Source of the DNA: Opitutia bacterium Tous-C1TDCM
GTDB lineage: Bacteria; Verrucomicrobiota; Verrucomicrobiia; Opitutales; Opitutaceae
DNA length: 64,000 bases
NCBI GenBank assembly: GCA_002288455.1
Contig: NEUS01000005.1
Span: 6 to 64,005, forward strand
Direction of reading: 5' to 3'
This document shows, in pieces, positions 19,878-28,842 of this stretch. A model generated the notes under the pieces. The model had not been told where the DNA came from. It saw only the letters and a list, made by a program, of their open reading frames with translations, and searched no databases. Both the position numbers and the translations under genes were made by a program. Each line of letters begins with the position of its first letter. Within the stretch, counting starts at the first letter, position 1.

Positions 19878-20084
19878 TCAGGCGGCCTTGGGCGCCTTGG
19901 CTTTCTTTTCGTTGGCGATGGTCTCGAGGCGGGCGATGTCCTTGCGGAGCGTGCGCAGCTCGTGGGTTTTTTCGACCTGGCCCGTCTGCTTGCGCAGCTT
20001 GAGCTGGAGGAGCTGTTCGCGGATTTCGCGCAGCTTGGTGGTGATCTCGGCGGGCGAGAGGTCGCGGATTTCTTTCGAAGTCAT
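19878..20084 (-). CDS. rpmC: 50S ribosomal protein L29
   Basis: KEIRDLS...[10 protein letters not shown]; position in the S10 operon. Confidence 0.96.
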   Translation of the reverse strand: MTSKEIRDLSPAEITTKLREIREQLLQLKLRKQTGQVEKTHELRTLRKDIARLETIANEKKAKAPKAA

Positions 20085-20109
20085 GACGGTATCTGTTGCT
20101 GGTTGCTCG

Positions 20110-20532
20110 TTAGGCCGCGGAACCGTCGCGCTGGATGAAGCGGCAGTGGAAAGGCAGCTTCGCGTCGGCGAGACGGAAGGCCTCCTTGGCGATGGTCATC
20201 GGAACGCCGGCGAGCTCGAACAACACGGCGCCGGGCTTGATGACAGCGACGTAGAACTCGACCGGACCTTTGCCTTGGCCCATGCGGACTTCGGCGGGCT
20301 TCTTCGTGACCGGCTTGTGCGGAAATACGCGGATCCAGAGTTTGCCCTTGCGCTTCAGATGGCGGGAGATCGTGACGCGGGCCGCCTCGATCTGCTGGCC
20401 GGTCATCGGGCCGCGGGTGAGCGACTGGAGGCCGAATTCGCCGAAGGCGAGAGTGTTGCCGCGCTTGGCGTTGCCCGAGCGGGTGCCTTTCTGCGACTTG
20501 CGGTATTTGGTGCGGGCGGGAGCGAGAGCCAT
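20110..20532 (-). CDS. rplP: 50S ribosomal protein L16
   Basis: [30 protein letters not shown]. Confidence 0.97.
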   Translation of the reverse strand: MALAPARTKYRKSQKGTRSGNAKRGNTLAFGEFGLQSLTRGPMTGQQIEAARVTISRHLKRKGKLWIRVFPHKPVTKKPAEVRMGQGKGPVEFYVAVIKPGAVLFELAGVPMTIAKEAFRLADAKLPFHCRFIQRDGSAA

Positions 20533-20573
20533 GGGAGTGATCTCCTAGGTAAAGGGTGTATCCGGAAACCGGA

Positions 20574-21206
20574 TCAGTTGTTGTCGGATTCTTTTTTGCA
20601 GATCCAGCACTTGACGCCGATCTTGCCGTAAACGGTGAGCGCCTCGGCGAACCCGTAGTCGATGTTTTCACGAAGGGTATGCAACGGCACGCGGCCCTTG
20701 CGCTGCCACTCGCGGCGGGCGATGTCCGCACCGCCGAGGCGGCCGGAGCACTGGATTCGGATCCCCTCGGCGCCGAGCGCCATGGCCATTTCGACCGCCT
20801 TCTTCATGGCGCGACGAAAAGCGATGCGACGTTCAAGCTGGAGCGCCACGTTCTCGGCCACGAGCGCAGCCTCGATCTCGGGCTTCTTGACCTCCTGGAT
20901 GTCGAGGAGGATCTCCTTGCCGGTGAGCTTCGCGAGCTCCTCCTTGATCTTCTCGATTTCCTGCCCCTTGCGGCCGATGACGATACCGGGACGGGCGGTG
21001 TAGATCTTGACGCGGACGCGGTTGGAAGCGCGCTCGATGAAGATGCGCGGCACCGACGCCTGCTTGAGTTTCTCCATCAACTTGGAGCGGATGAGTTGGT
21101 CTTCGGCGAGCAGCTTGCCGAAATCTTTCTTGCTGGCGTACCAGCGGGACTGCCAGTTGCGGCGGACGGCAAGACGGAAACCTACGGGATTGGTTTTTTG
21201 GCCCAT
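20574..21206 (-). CDS. rpsC: 30S ribosomal protein S3
   Basis: [40 protein letters not shown]. Confidence 0.97.
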   Translation of the reverse strand: MGQKTNPVGFRLAVRRNWQSRWYASKKDFGKLLAEDQLIRSKLMEKLKQASVPRIFIERASNRVRVKIYTARPGIVIGRKGQEIEKIKEELAKLTGKEILLDIQEVKKPEIEAALVAENVALQLERRIAFRRAMKKAVEMAMALGAEGIRIQCSGRLGGADIARREWQRKGRVPLHTLRENIDYGFAEALTVYGKIGVKCWICKKESDNN

Positions 21207-21216
21207 GGAAGTGGTG

Positions 21217-21561
21217 TTACGAGTTGGTGTTGCCGTCCGAGAGAACGATCTTGATGTGCGACATCTTCTTCCGGCGAGGCATGGCGGAACCGCGCGCACC
21301 CGCTTTGAAGCGCTTCAGCACAGGGCCGTTTTCGATAATCGCGCTCTTCACACGGAGAGAATCCGCGGAGAGGTTGTTGTTGTTCTCGGCGTTCGCGATG
21401 GCGCTCTTGAGCGTCTTGGCGATGAGCTTCGCGCTTTTGCGCGGAACGAGCATCAAGTAATCGACGGCTTCCGCAGCCTTGCGGCCTTGGATCGTACGGG
21501 CGACTTCGCGCACTTTCTTGGGAGACATGCGCGCGTAGCGGGTGAGGGCTTGGACTTCCAT
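21217..21561 (-). CDS. rplV: 50S ribosomal protein L22
   Basis: [28 protein letters not shown]. Confidence 0.97.
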   Translation of the reverse strand: MEVQALTRYARMSPKKVREVARTIQGRKAAEAVDYLMLVPRKSAKLIAKTLKSAIANAENNNNLSADSLRVKSAIIENGPVLKRFKAGARGSAMPRRKKMSHIKIVLSDGNTNS

Positions 21562-21645
21562 GTTATTGCAGGGGATTCCGTCCCGGAGGGGACGGCGGCA
21601 GCGGCGGACGTTAGTCGCGCCCTGCCCTTTTGGTTTGGTTCTGAG

Positions 21646-21984
21646 TTAAGATTTGAACAGTTTGACGGCGGCGGCATCTCCCGGGCGGACCGACTGCCGG
21701 GGAGCCAACGAGAGGATGAGAGCGGCGCTGACACTCGGCCGAACTTCGACCAGCAGCACCTCGCCCACTTCGGCGGTGTCCCGCACGATCCGGCATACCA
21801 TGCCGGATCGAAGTCCGGCTCGGTAGCCGCCGTCTAGGACAACCACATCCGCCTTTGCGCCCGATTCCACCGCGACCACGGACACCGCGACGGCCACAAG
21901 CGGCAGTCCCAGGCCGAGAGCAAGCAGCGCAGCGCCCCGGAGGAGGCTGCGGCGCAGGCCAGCGGCAAGGTGAACAGGGGACAT
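21646..21984 (-). CDS. Hypothetical exported or membrane-anchored small beta-domain protein (FlgT C-terminal-like) inserted in the S10 operon
   Basis: Basic then hydrophobic N-terminus, followed by VVVLDGG..AGLRSGM...EVGEV.LVEVRPSVSAALI...VRPGD; fills the rpsS-rplV gap on the same strand. Confidence 0.65.
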   Translation of the reverse strand: MSPVHLAAGLRRSLLRGAALLALGLGLPLVAVAVSVVAVESGAKADVVVLDGGYRAGLRSGMVCRIVRDTAEVGEVLLVEVRPSVSAALILSLAPRQSVRPGDAAAVKLFKS

Positions 21985-22013
21985 AGCGGGCGTGAGCTAG
22001 CGGGAAGCCGGCG

Positions 22014-22289
22014 TTAGATTTCCTTACGGGTCATGCCGCCGTGCGACTTGAAGATGCGCGTCGGGGCAAACTCGCCCAACTTGTGGCCGACCATATTCTC
22101 GGTGACGTACACCGCGATGAATGCCTTGCCGTTGTGAACGCTGAACGTGTGGCCGACGAAGTCGGGCGTAATCGTCGAGCGGCGGGACCAAGTCTGGATG
22201 GGCTTCTTGGTACCGGCCTTCACGGCCTTCTCGATTTTCTCGAGCAGGTGGTAGTCGACGAAGAAACCTTTTTTGATGGAACGTGCCAT
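22014..22289 (-). CDS. rpsS: 30S ribosomal protein S19
   Basis: [27 protein letters not shown]. Confidence 0.97.
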   Translation of the reverse strand: MARSIKKGFFVDYHLLEKIEKAVKAGTKKPIQTWSRRSTITPDFVGHTFSVHNGKAFIAVYVTENMVGHKLGEFAPTRIFKSHGGMTRKEI

Positions 22290-22307
22290 GATGCGGGAGG
22301 GGCGGGA

Positions 22308-23174
22308 TTACTTCTGGCCACGCGGCTTGCGGCCGTTGTGGTGGACGATGATCTGCGCGTTCGAGGGCTTCGAACGGCGGCGGGTCGGGAAGCCCTTCGC
22401 GAGCTGGCCCCAAGGGGACACGAGCTGCTGACGGCCACCGCCACCCTTGGACTTGCCTTGGCCACCACCGTTGGGGTGATCGACCGGGTTCATCGCCATA
22501 CCGCGGACGGTCGGGCGGATACCGAGCCAGCGGCTGCGGCCGGCCTTGCCGAGAGACTGGAGGCTGTGGTCACCGTTGCCCACTTCACCGATCGTCGCTC
22601 GGCACTTCGGATTGACGAAGCGGAGTTCGCCGGAAGGCATCTTGAGCGTGGCCTGGCCATTTTCGACCGCTACAAGTTCAAGACCGGCACCGGCAGCACG
22701 GGCGATCTGGGCACCGCGACCGGGGACGAGTTCGACGCAATGCAAACGGGTCGACGGCGGGATGATCGCGAGCGGGAAGTTGTTCCCGACATTGAAGTCG
22801 TTCGTCGTGGCCTGATTCGAGGCGAAGATCGTGTCGCCGACCTTCAATCCCTTGGGGGCGAGAATATAGGCCTTGGTACCGTTGCTGTAGCTCAGCAGGG
22901 CGAGATTAGCGGTACGATTGGGATCGTACTCGAGGGCCTGGACCTTGGCGGGCTGGTCGAGCAGCGCACGCTTGAAGTCGATAATGCGATACAGCTGCTT
23001 ATGGCCGCCGCCGCGGTGACGCGAGGTGACTCGGCCGTATACGTTGCGGCCGCCGGTCTTGTGCTTGGGCTCGGTGAGGGCGCGCTCCGGGCGCTTTTTG
23101 GTGAGGCCCTCGATTTGGTTCAGCTGCGTGAAGCGGCCGGCAGCGGTGAGCGGACGAAAACTTTTGATAGCCAT
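22308..23174 (-). CDS. rplB: 50S ribosomal protein L2
   Basis: GGGHKQLYRIIDF, EYDPNRTA, VRGMAMNPVDHP. Confidence 0.97.
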   Translation of the reverse strand: MAIKSFRPLTAAGRFTQLNQIEGLTKKRPERALTEPKHKTGGRNVYGRVTSRHRGGGHKQLYRIIDFKRALLDQPAKVQALEYDPNRTANLALLSYSNGTKAYILAPKGLKVGDTIFASNQATTNDFNVGNNFPLAIIPPSTRLHCVELVPGRGAQIARAAGAGLELVAVENGQATLKMPSGELRFVNPKCRATIGEVGNGDHSLQSLGKAGRSRWLGIRPTVRGMAMNPVDHPNGGGQGKSKGGGGRQQLVSPWGQLAKGFPTRRRSKPSNAQIIVHHNGRKPRGQK

Positions 23175-23207
23175 TTGGGATGATCTCCGGATTTGGGCGA
23201 GGACGTC

Positions 23208-23489
23208 TTAGACGAGCTCGATCTTGTCGCCGGCCTTGAGCGTAACGATGGCCTTTTTGTAGTCCGAACCGACGCTGGGACGGCCCTGACGGCTCTTTTT
23301 GTTTTTGCCGCGATAGATCTGGGTATTAACCCGACGTACCGTAACTTTGAAGGTCTGTTCGACGGCCTCGGCAATCTGATGCTTGTTGGCGTGCTTGAAG
23401 ACTTCGAACGTGTATTGGCCGAGCTCGGACGAAAGCTTGTTGGACTTCTCCGAGAGGCGGACGAGTTTGAGGACTTTGTCGGCTTGCAT
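23208..23489 (-). CDS. rplW: 50S ribosomal protein L23
   Basis: SEKS, YTFEV, ANKHQIAEAVE, KKAIVTL. Confidence 0.96.
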   Translation of the reverse strand: MQADKVLKLVRLSEKSNKLSSELGQYTFEVFKHANKHQIAEAVEQTFKVTVRRVNTQIYRGKNKKSRQGRPSVGSDYKKAIVTLKAGDKIELV

Positions 23490-24124
23490 TAGTTTTTGCC
23501 TCCGTTGACGCGGGCGAGGATCGTGTCGAGCGCCTTCGCGCTGACGATGATCTTGGCGTACTGGGCCAGATCGAGGGTGTTGAGCTTCGAGGCATCCTGG
23601 AGGGAAATGCGCTCGATGTTGCGGGAGGCACGGGCCGTGACGGCGGCAAAGGGAGCATCGACCAACAGCACACGGCCCTTGGGGGCAATGCGGCCGACAA
23701 TTTCGTCGATTACCTTCGTCTTGGTGACCTTGGTATCGAACTGCTCGATGACAGCGAGTTCGCCGGCGGTAGCGCGATCAAAGAGAGCGCGGCTGAAAGC
23801 GAGTTGCTTCACCTGGGCGTTGATTTTCTTCGAGTAATCGCGAGGCTTAGGTCCGAAGACCACGCCGCCACCGACCCAAAGGGGAGAACGGATCGAGCCA
23901 GCACGAGCGCGACCGGTTCCCTTTTGACGCCACGGCTTTTTGCCACCGCCGCGCACCTCTCCACGTGTCTTGGTGGAGTGGGTGCCTTGACGGTTGTTGG
24001 CATTGATGGCGACGATCACTTCCTTGACCGCTTGGAGACCCTTGTCGCCTTCGAAGATCGGGAGCGTGGCAAAGTCCTTTTCGGAACTGGTCGTGCCATC
24101 GGAGCTAAATACAGTGAGTTTCAT
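23489..24124 (-). CDS. rplD: 50S ribosomal protein L4
   Basis: RQGTHSTKTRGEVRGGGKKPWRQKGTGRAR. Confidence 0.97.
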   Translation of the reverse strand: MKLTVFSSDGTTSSEKDFATLPIFEGDKGLQAVKEVIVAINANNRQGTHSTKTRGEVRGGGKKPWRQKGTGRARAGSIRSPLWVGGGVVFGPKPRDYSKKINAQVKQLAFSRALFDRATAGELAVIEQFDTKVTKTKVIDEIVGRIAPKGRVLLVDAPFAAVTARASRNIERISLQDASKLNTLDLAQYAKIIVSAKALDTILARVNGGKN

Positions 24125-24138
24125 GTCGGTTCGTCTCC

Positions 24139-24858
24139 TTATTTCTTGGCAGCGGGCTTGGCGGCAGGCTTGGCAGCGGCCTTATCGGCCTTGCCCGGAG
24201 CCGCAGGAACCGGAGGCAGGGCACGTTGGCCCTTGATGGCGGTACGGACGATAACGTCGTCGCCATTGGCTCCGGGGATTGCTCCCTTGACGAGAAGGAG
24301 GTTCTTTTCCGCGATGACCTTGATGATGCGGAGATTTTGAACGGTCCGTTTCTCGGAGCCCATGTGTCCGGGCATAGCCTGGTTTTTCCAGGAGCGACCA
24401 GGGGTCTGGCGCATACCGATCGAACCGATACGGCGGTGGAACATTGAGCCGTGCGAGGCAGGGCCGCCGGCGACACGGAAACGTTTTACCACACCTTGGA
24501 AGCCCTTGCCCTTGGTAACGCCGATGACGTCGACCAACTGGCCCTCGGTGAACGAGGTGGCACTGACGACATCGCCGACCTTCAGCGTCGGGGCAGCCGT
24601 GAGACGCACCTCGGCCAGCACGCGTGGCGCGGCTTCGAGATTGGCCTTCTTGGCGTGGCCGATTTCGGCCGCGGAAGTGTTCTTGGGCTTCTTCTGCGAG
24701 AAGCCGATCTGAACGGCGTTGTAGCCGTCGGATTCAACGGTCTTGACCTGGACCACAGCGCAGGGTCCGGCTTCGACCACGGTGACGGGAACGAGCACAT
24801 TTTGTGCATCGTAAACCTGCGTCATGCCGAGTTTCTTACCTAAAATTTCGGAGATCAT
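24139..24858 (-). CDS. rplC: 50S ribosomal protein L3
   Basis: GKKLGMTQ, KGKGFQGVVKR, SHGS, KGAIPG. Confidence 0.97.
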   Translation of the reverse strand: MISEILGKKLGMTQVYDAQNVLVPVTVVEAGPCAVVQVKTVESDGYNAVQIGFSQKKPKNTSAAEIGHAKKANLEAAPRVLAEVRLTAAPTLKVGDVVSATSFTEGQLVDVIGVTKGKGFQGVVKRFRVAGGPASHGSMFHRRIGSIGMRQTPGRSWKNQAMPGHMGSEKRTVQNLRIIKVIAEKNLLLVKGAIPGANGDDVIVRTAIKGQRALPPVPAAPGKADKAAAKPAAKPAAKK

Positions 24859-25006
24859 AGGCTAAGCGGTAGGTGGATAGTTTTCCGTTTAACGGACCTA
24901 CTTTAGCGGGGGTCTGGCGGTCCAGCGAAGCGGGACACAGACAACTGCTAACTGTAGAGTGAAGGAATCCGGGTGCGGATTTCGTGAATGCTAGGTGGGA
25001 CTGAAC

Positions 25007-25315
25007 TTAGACGTTGATAGTGATATCGACGCCGGAAGGGAGATTGAGCTTCTTCAGCTCGTCGACCGTCTGCGCCGTAGGTTCGATGATGTCGATCAGG
25101 CGCTTGTGGGTGCGGGTTTCAAACTGCTCCATCGACTTCTTGTCGACGTGCGGAGAGCGGTTGACCGAGAGCTTTTCGATCCGGGTCGGCAGCGGGATTG
25201 GACCGGAAACTCGGGCGCCGGAGCGTTTGGCGGTTTCGACGATGTCCTGCGCCGACTGATCGATGACACGATAGTCGAAGCCTTGGAGTTTGATGCGAAT
25301 TCGTTGGCCTTTCAT
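25007..25315 (-). CDS. rpsJ: 30S ribosomal protein S10
   Basis: [36 protein letters not shown]. Confidence 0.97.
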   Translation of the reverse strand: MKGQRIRIKLQGFDYRVIDQSAQDIVETAKRSGARVSGPIPLPTRIEKLSVNRSPHVDKKSMEQFETRTHKRLIDIIEPTAQTVDELKKLNLPSGVDITINV

Positions 25316-25334
25316 GGCGGAAAAAGAACGGAGG

Positions 25335-27530
25335 TTAAGTGCGCGCCGGCGCTTTGGAGGAGGTTTCGACGATCTTCGCGAGCAGCGAATTGGGAACTTG
25401 TTCGAAGTGTGACGGAGTAATGCCGGCACTGGCGCGGCCCTTGGAGAGCGAGCGGATGTCGGTGACGTAACCGAAGAGCATTTCGAGCGGCACGAATGCA
25501 TTGATGATGCACGCTCCGGCTTTGTTTTCCATGCCTTGGATCTGGCCGCGGCGACGGTTGATGTCGCCCATCAGATCGCCCTGATACTCTTCAGGCGTGG
25601 TGACTTCGACACCCATGATCGGCTCGAGCAGGATCGGAGTCGCCTTTTTCATCGCTTCCTTGAAGCCGAAGATGCCGGCCATCTTGAACGCGAGTTCGGA
25701 AGAGTCGACCTCATGGAAGGAGCCGTCGATAATGCGGACCTTGACGTCGACAACCGGGTAGCCAGCGACCACGCCGTTGTTGCAGCCTTCCATGATACCG
25801 TCCGTCGCAGGCTTGATAAACTCCTTCGGGATGGAACCGCCGACGATCTCGTTGATGACCTCAACGCCCTTGCCCTTTTCGTTGGGCTCAAGCTTGACGA
25901 CGACGTGACCGTACTGGCCTTTGCCGCCCGACTGACGGATGAATTTGCCTTCCGCTTCGGCGTGCTTCGTGACGGTCTCGCGGTACGCGATCTGCGGCTT
26001 ACCCGCGGTCGCTTCAACCTTGAACTCGCGCTTCATCCGGTCGCGGATGATGTCGAGATGCAATTCGCCCATGCCGGCGAGGATGGTCTGTCCCGTATCC
26101 TGATCGGTCTTGACCCGGAGGGTCGGATCTTCGGCCACGAGACGCTGAAGCGCGGTGGACATCTTTTCCTGGTCGCCCTTCGAGTTCGGCTCGATGGACA
26201 TCGAGATGACAGGTTCCGGGAAGGACGGCGGCTCCAAACGGATATCGAAATCCTCGTCGCAGAGCGTGTCACCGGTGATGACATCCTTGACGCCGACGAC
26301 GGCGCAGATGTCACCCGAGTAGGCAAGATCGATTTCCTCGCGCTCGATCGCGCGCATCAAAACGAGGCGCGAGATGCGCTCGGTGCGGCGGGTGCGGGGG
26401 TTGTATACCGACATCCCCTTCGGGAGTTTGCCGGTGTAGACACGGAAGAAAACCAAACGGCCGACAAAGGGGTCGTTCCAAAGCTTGAAAGCCAGACCGG
26501 CCATCTTCGCTTTATCGTCAACCGTTGCGGACACTTCCTTGCCGTCACTGTCCTGTCCGATCATCGGCGGAACATCGATCGGGTTCGGGAGGTAGTTGAC
26601 GACACAATCGAGCAAGCGCTGGACGCCCTTCTTCTTGAAGGCAGATCCCGGGACTACTCCGGTAAACTTCAGAGAAATCGTGGCCTTGCGGACCGCGAGC
26701 ATGAGTTCATCAACCGTGACCTCTTCGCCGCCAAGATATTTCTCGGCGATGACATCATCGAAATCGGAGACCGCTTCGATCAATTTGTCGCGGTATTCCT
26801 TGGCTTGGTCGACCAATTCCGCCGGGATCGGCATGGTGCTCGGGTTGAGCCCGAGTTGATCATTCGGGTCGGTGTCGAAGCTGTAAGCGACGTTCTGAAC
26901 GAGATCGATGAGCCCGGTGAAATTCTCCTCCTTGCCGATCGGGAGGAAGATCGGATGGGCATTGGCTTTGAGCTTCTCGCGCATTTCGGAAACGGCGCGG
27001 AAGAAATCGGCTCCGGTGCGATCCATCTTGTTGATGAAGGCGATGCGCGGAACCTTGTACTTGTTGGCTTGGCGCCAGACCGTCTCGGACTGCGGCTGAA
27101 CACCGGCAACGGCGCAGAAAACCGCGACGGCACCATCGAGTACACGCAGGGAGCGCTCGACTTCAGCGGTGAAATCGACGTGCCCGGGGGTATCGATAAT
27201 ATTGATTCGCTGCTTGATGCCCTTCCAGGGCCCCCAGGAAGCGTTCCAAGCGCAGGAAATAGCGGCCGCCGTAATGGTGATTCCGCGTTCGCGCTCCTGT
27301 TCCATCCAATCGGTCACCGTGGTGCCCTCATGGACCTCGCCCATCTTGTGGACGGCACCGGAGTAAAACAGAATGCGCTCGGTCGTCGTGGTCTTGCCGG
27401 CATCAATGTGCGCGGCGATGCCGATGTTGCGGGTCCATTCCAGCGGGAAGGGACGTTCCTTGGCATTCACCGGCGAGACTTTCGCCTTATCGGTGACAAC
27501 CGTGATGTTGATGGGAGCGGCAGCGGACAT
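25335..27530 (-). CDS. fusA: Elongation factor G
   Basis: [33 protein letters not shown]. Confidence 0.97.
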   Translation of the reverse strand: MSAAAPINITVVTDKAKVSPVNAKERPFPLEWTRNIGIAAHIDAGKTTTTERILFYSGAVHKMGEVHEGTTVTDWMEQERERGITITAAAISCAWNASWGPWKGIKQRINIIDTPGHVDFTAEVERSLRVLDGAVAVFCAVAGVQPQSETVWRQANKYKVPRIAFINKMDRTGADFFRAVSEMREKLKANAHPIFLPIGKEENFTGLIDLVQNVAYSFDTDPNDQLGLNPSTMPIPAELVDQAKEYRDKLIEAVSDFDDVIAEKYLGGEEVTVDELMLAVRKATISLKFTGVVPGSAFKKKGVQRLLDCVVNYLPNPIDVPPMIGQDSDGKEVSATVDDKAKMAGLAFKLWNDPFVGRLVFFRVYTGKLPKGMSVYNPRTRRTERISRLVLMRAIEREEIDLAYSGDICAVVGVKDVITGDTLCDEDFDIRLEPPSFPEPVISMSIEPNSKGDQEKMSTALQRLVAEDPTLRVKTDQDTGQTILAGMGELHLDIIRDRMKREFKVEATAGKPQIAYRETVTKHAEAEGKFIRQSGGKGQYGHVVVKLEPNEKGKGVEVINEIVGGSIPKEFIKPATDGIMEGCNNGVVAGYPVVDVKVRIIDGSFHEVDSSELAFKMAGIFGFKEAMKKATPILLEPIMGVEVTTPEEYQGDLMGDINRRRGQIQGMENKAGACIINAFVPLEMLFGYVTDIRSLSKGRASAGITPSHFEQVPNSLLAKIVETSSKAPART

Positions 27531-27553
27531 GAGCAGGAGGCAGAGCGAACGGT

Positions 27554-28027
27554 TTACCAGCGCAGGTGGGCGAAGGCGCGATTGGCCTGGGCCATCTTGT
27601 GGGTGTCTTCCTTCTTCTTCACAACGGAACCGGTGTTGTTGTAGGCGTCGATGATCTCGGCGGCCAGCGCATCCTTCATCCGCATACCCTTGCGACCGGC
27701 AGCGGCGTCAACGATCCAGCGGAGGGCGAGGGACTCTTGGCGCTCGAACGAAATCTCCACCGGCACTTGATAGGTGGCGCCACCGACACGGCGGCTTTTG
27801 ACTTCAAGGCGCGGCCGGGCGTTCTCGAGCGCACCGAGCATGAGATCGACAGGATCACCCTTTTCGAGCTTCTCGGACACCTTCTCGAAGGCGCCGTAAA
27901 CAATGCGCTGGGCAATGTTCTTCTTGCCGCTCTTCATGATGACATTGACGAGGTGCGCGACCAACGGGCTGTTGTAGCGGGCGTCCGGGACGGTCTGGCG
28001 TTTCTCAGCTCTGTGACGACGTGACAT
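27554..28027 (-). CDS. rpsG: 30S ribosomal protein S7
   Basis: [27 protein letters not shown]. Confidence 0.97.
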   Translation of the reverse strand: MSRRHRAEKRQTVPDARYNSPLVAHLVNVIMKSGKKNIAQRIVYGAFEKVSEKLEKGDPVDLMLGALENARPRLEVKSRRVGGATYQVPVEISFERQESLALRWIVDAAAGRKGMRMKDALAAEIIDAYNNTGSVVKKKEDTHKMAQANRAFAHLRW

Positions 28028-28054
28028 GGCGAAATCGGATTGGAAAACGTTGGC

Positions 28055-28435
28055 TTACTTGGCGGCCTTCGGGCGCTTGACGCCGTACTTGGAGCGGGAA
28101 CGACGACGCTTTTCGACGCCGGTGGCGTCGAGGGTGCCGCGGACAATGTGATAACGAACGCCCGGCAAATCCTTCACGCGACCACCGCGGACGAGTACGA
28201 TCGAGTGCTCCTGAAGGTTATGACCTTCGTCCGGGATGTAGGAAATCACTTCGTTGCCGTTCGTGAGGCGGACCTTCGCAACCTTGCGGATAGCAGAGTT
28301 CGGCTTCTTGGGCGTACGGGTCATGACCTGCACGCACACGCCGCGGCGAAACGGGTTGCCGTCCAAAGCCGGGGATTTCGACTTCGCGGTCACCTTGCGG
28401 CGGCCTTTGCGCACGAGTTGGTTGATTGTCGGCAT
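28055..28435 (-). CDS. rpsL: 30S ribosomal protein S12
   Basis: [34 protein letters not shown]. Confidence 0.98.
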   Translation of the reverse strand: MPTINQLVRKGRRKVTAKSKSPALDGNPFRRGVCVQVMTRTPKKPNSAIRKVAKVRLTNGNEVISYIPDEGHNLQEHSIVLVRGGRVKDLPGVRYHIVRGTLDATGVEKRRRSRSKYGVKRPKAAK

Positions 28436-28480
28436 ACGAGAATGAGAAACTTACGAGTGGAAAGAGGCGAAAAGGGGACG

Positions 28481-28508
28481 ACGCTACGTTGCGCGCAAAG
28501 CTCGGCAA
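28481..28508 (-). promoter_or_regulatory. Putative promoter of the str operon
   Basis: TTGCCG-N16-TAGCGT, about 45 nt upstream of the rpsL ATG. Confidence 0.5.
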
Positions 28509-28671
28509 GAACTTTTTGGCGAAAAGTAGCGATTCCCGCTAATCCTCCCCTGCCAAGACTCGTGCATGGGAGCGAAAACGAACGGATGACCGTCCGCAAA
28601 AGCAGGAGACCTACGGAGATTCGCAGGCGAGGGTGAAATTGACGGTCTCGTCTCCGACGACAGACTTTGCC

Positions 28672-28703
28672 AAAAAAAACGCCCGCTCCGAAGAGCGGGC
28701 GTT
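28672..28703 (-). terminator. Rho-independent terminator downstream of ftsZ
   Basis: AACGCCCGCTC-TTCG-GAGCGGGCGTT followed by a T run. Confidence 0.9.
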
Positions 28704-28842
28704 AAACCGGCCGGAGCTAGGCTCGACGGTCGGTTTTTGGCGGGAGGACTTTCAGAAGTGTACGGCGCCCCTGGAATGACAAGGGCAAATTTGCGACCCG
28801 TGCGATCTTCACTTCTTCGCCAGTCGACAGCATTCGCATTTG

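Noticed and set aside
28717-28839. 40-aa minus-strand ORF after ftsZ
   Set aside because: No motif and atypical codon usage; the region is better explained as structured RNA or UTR.
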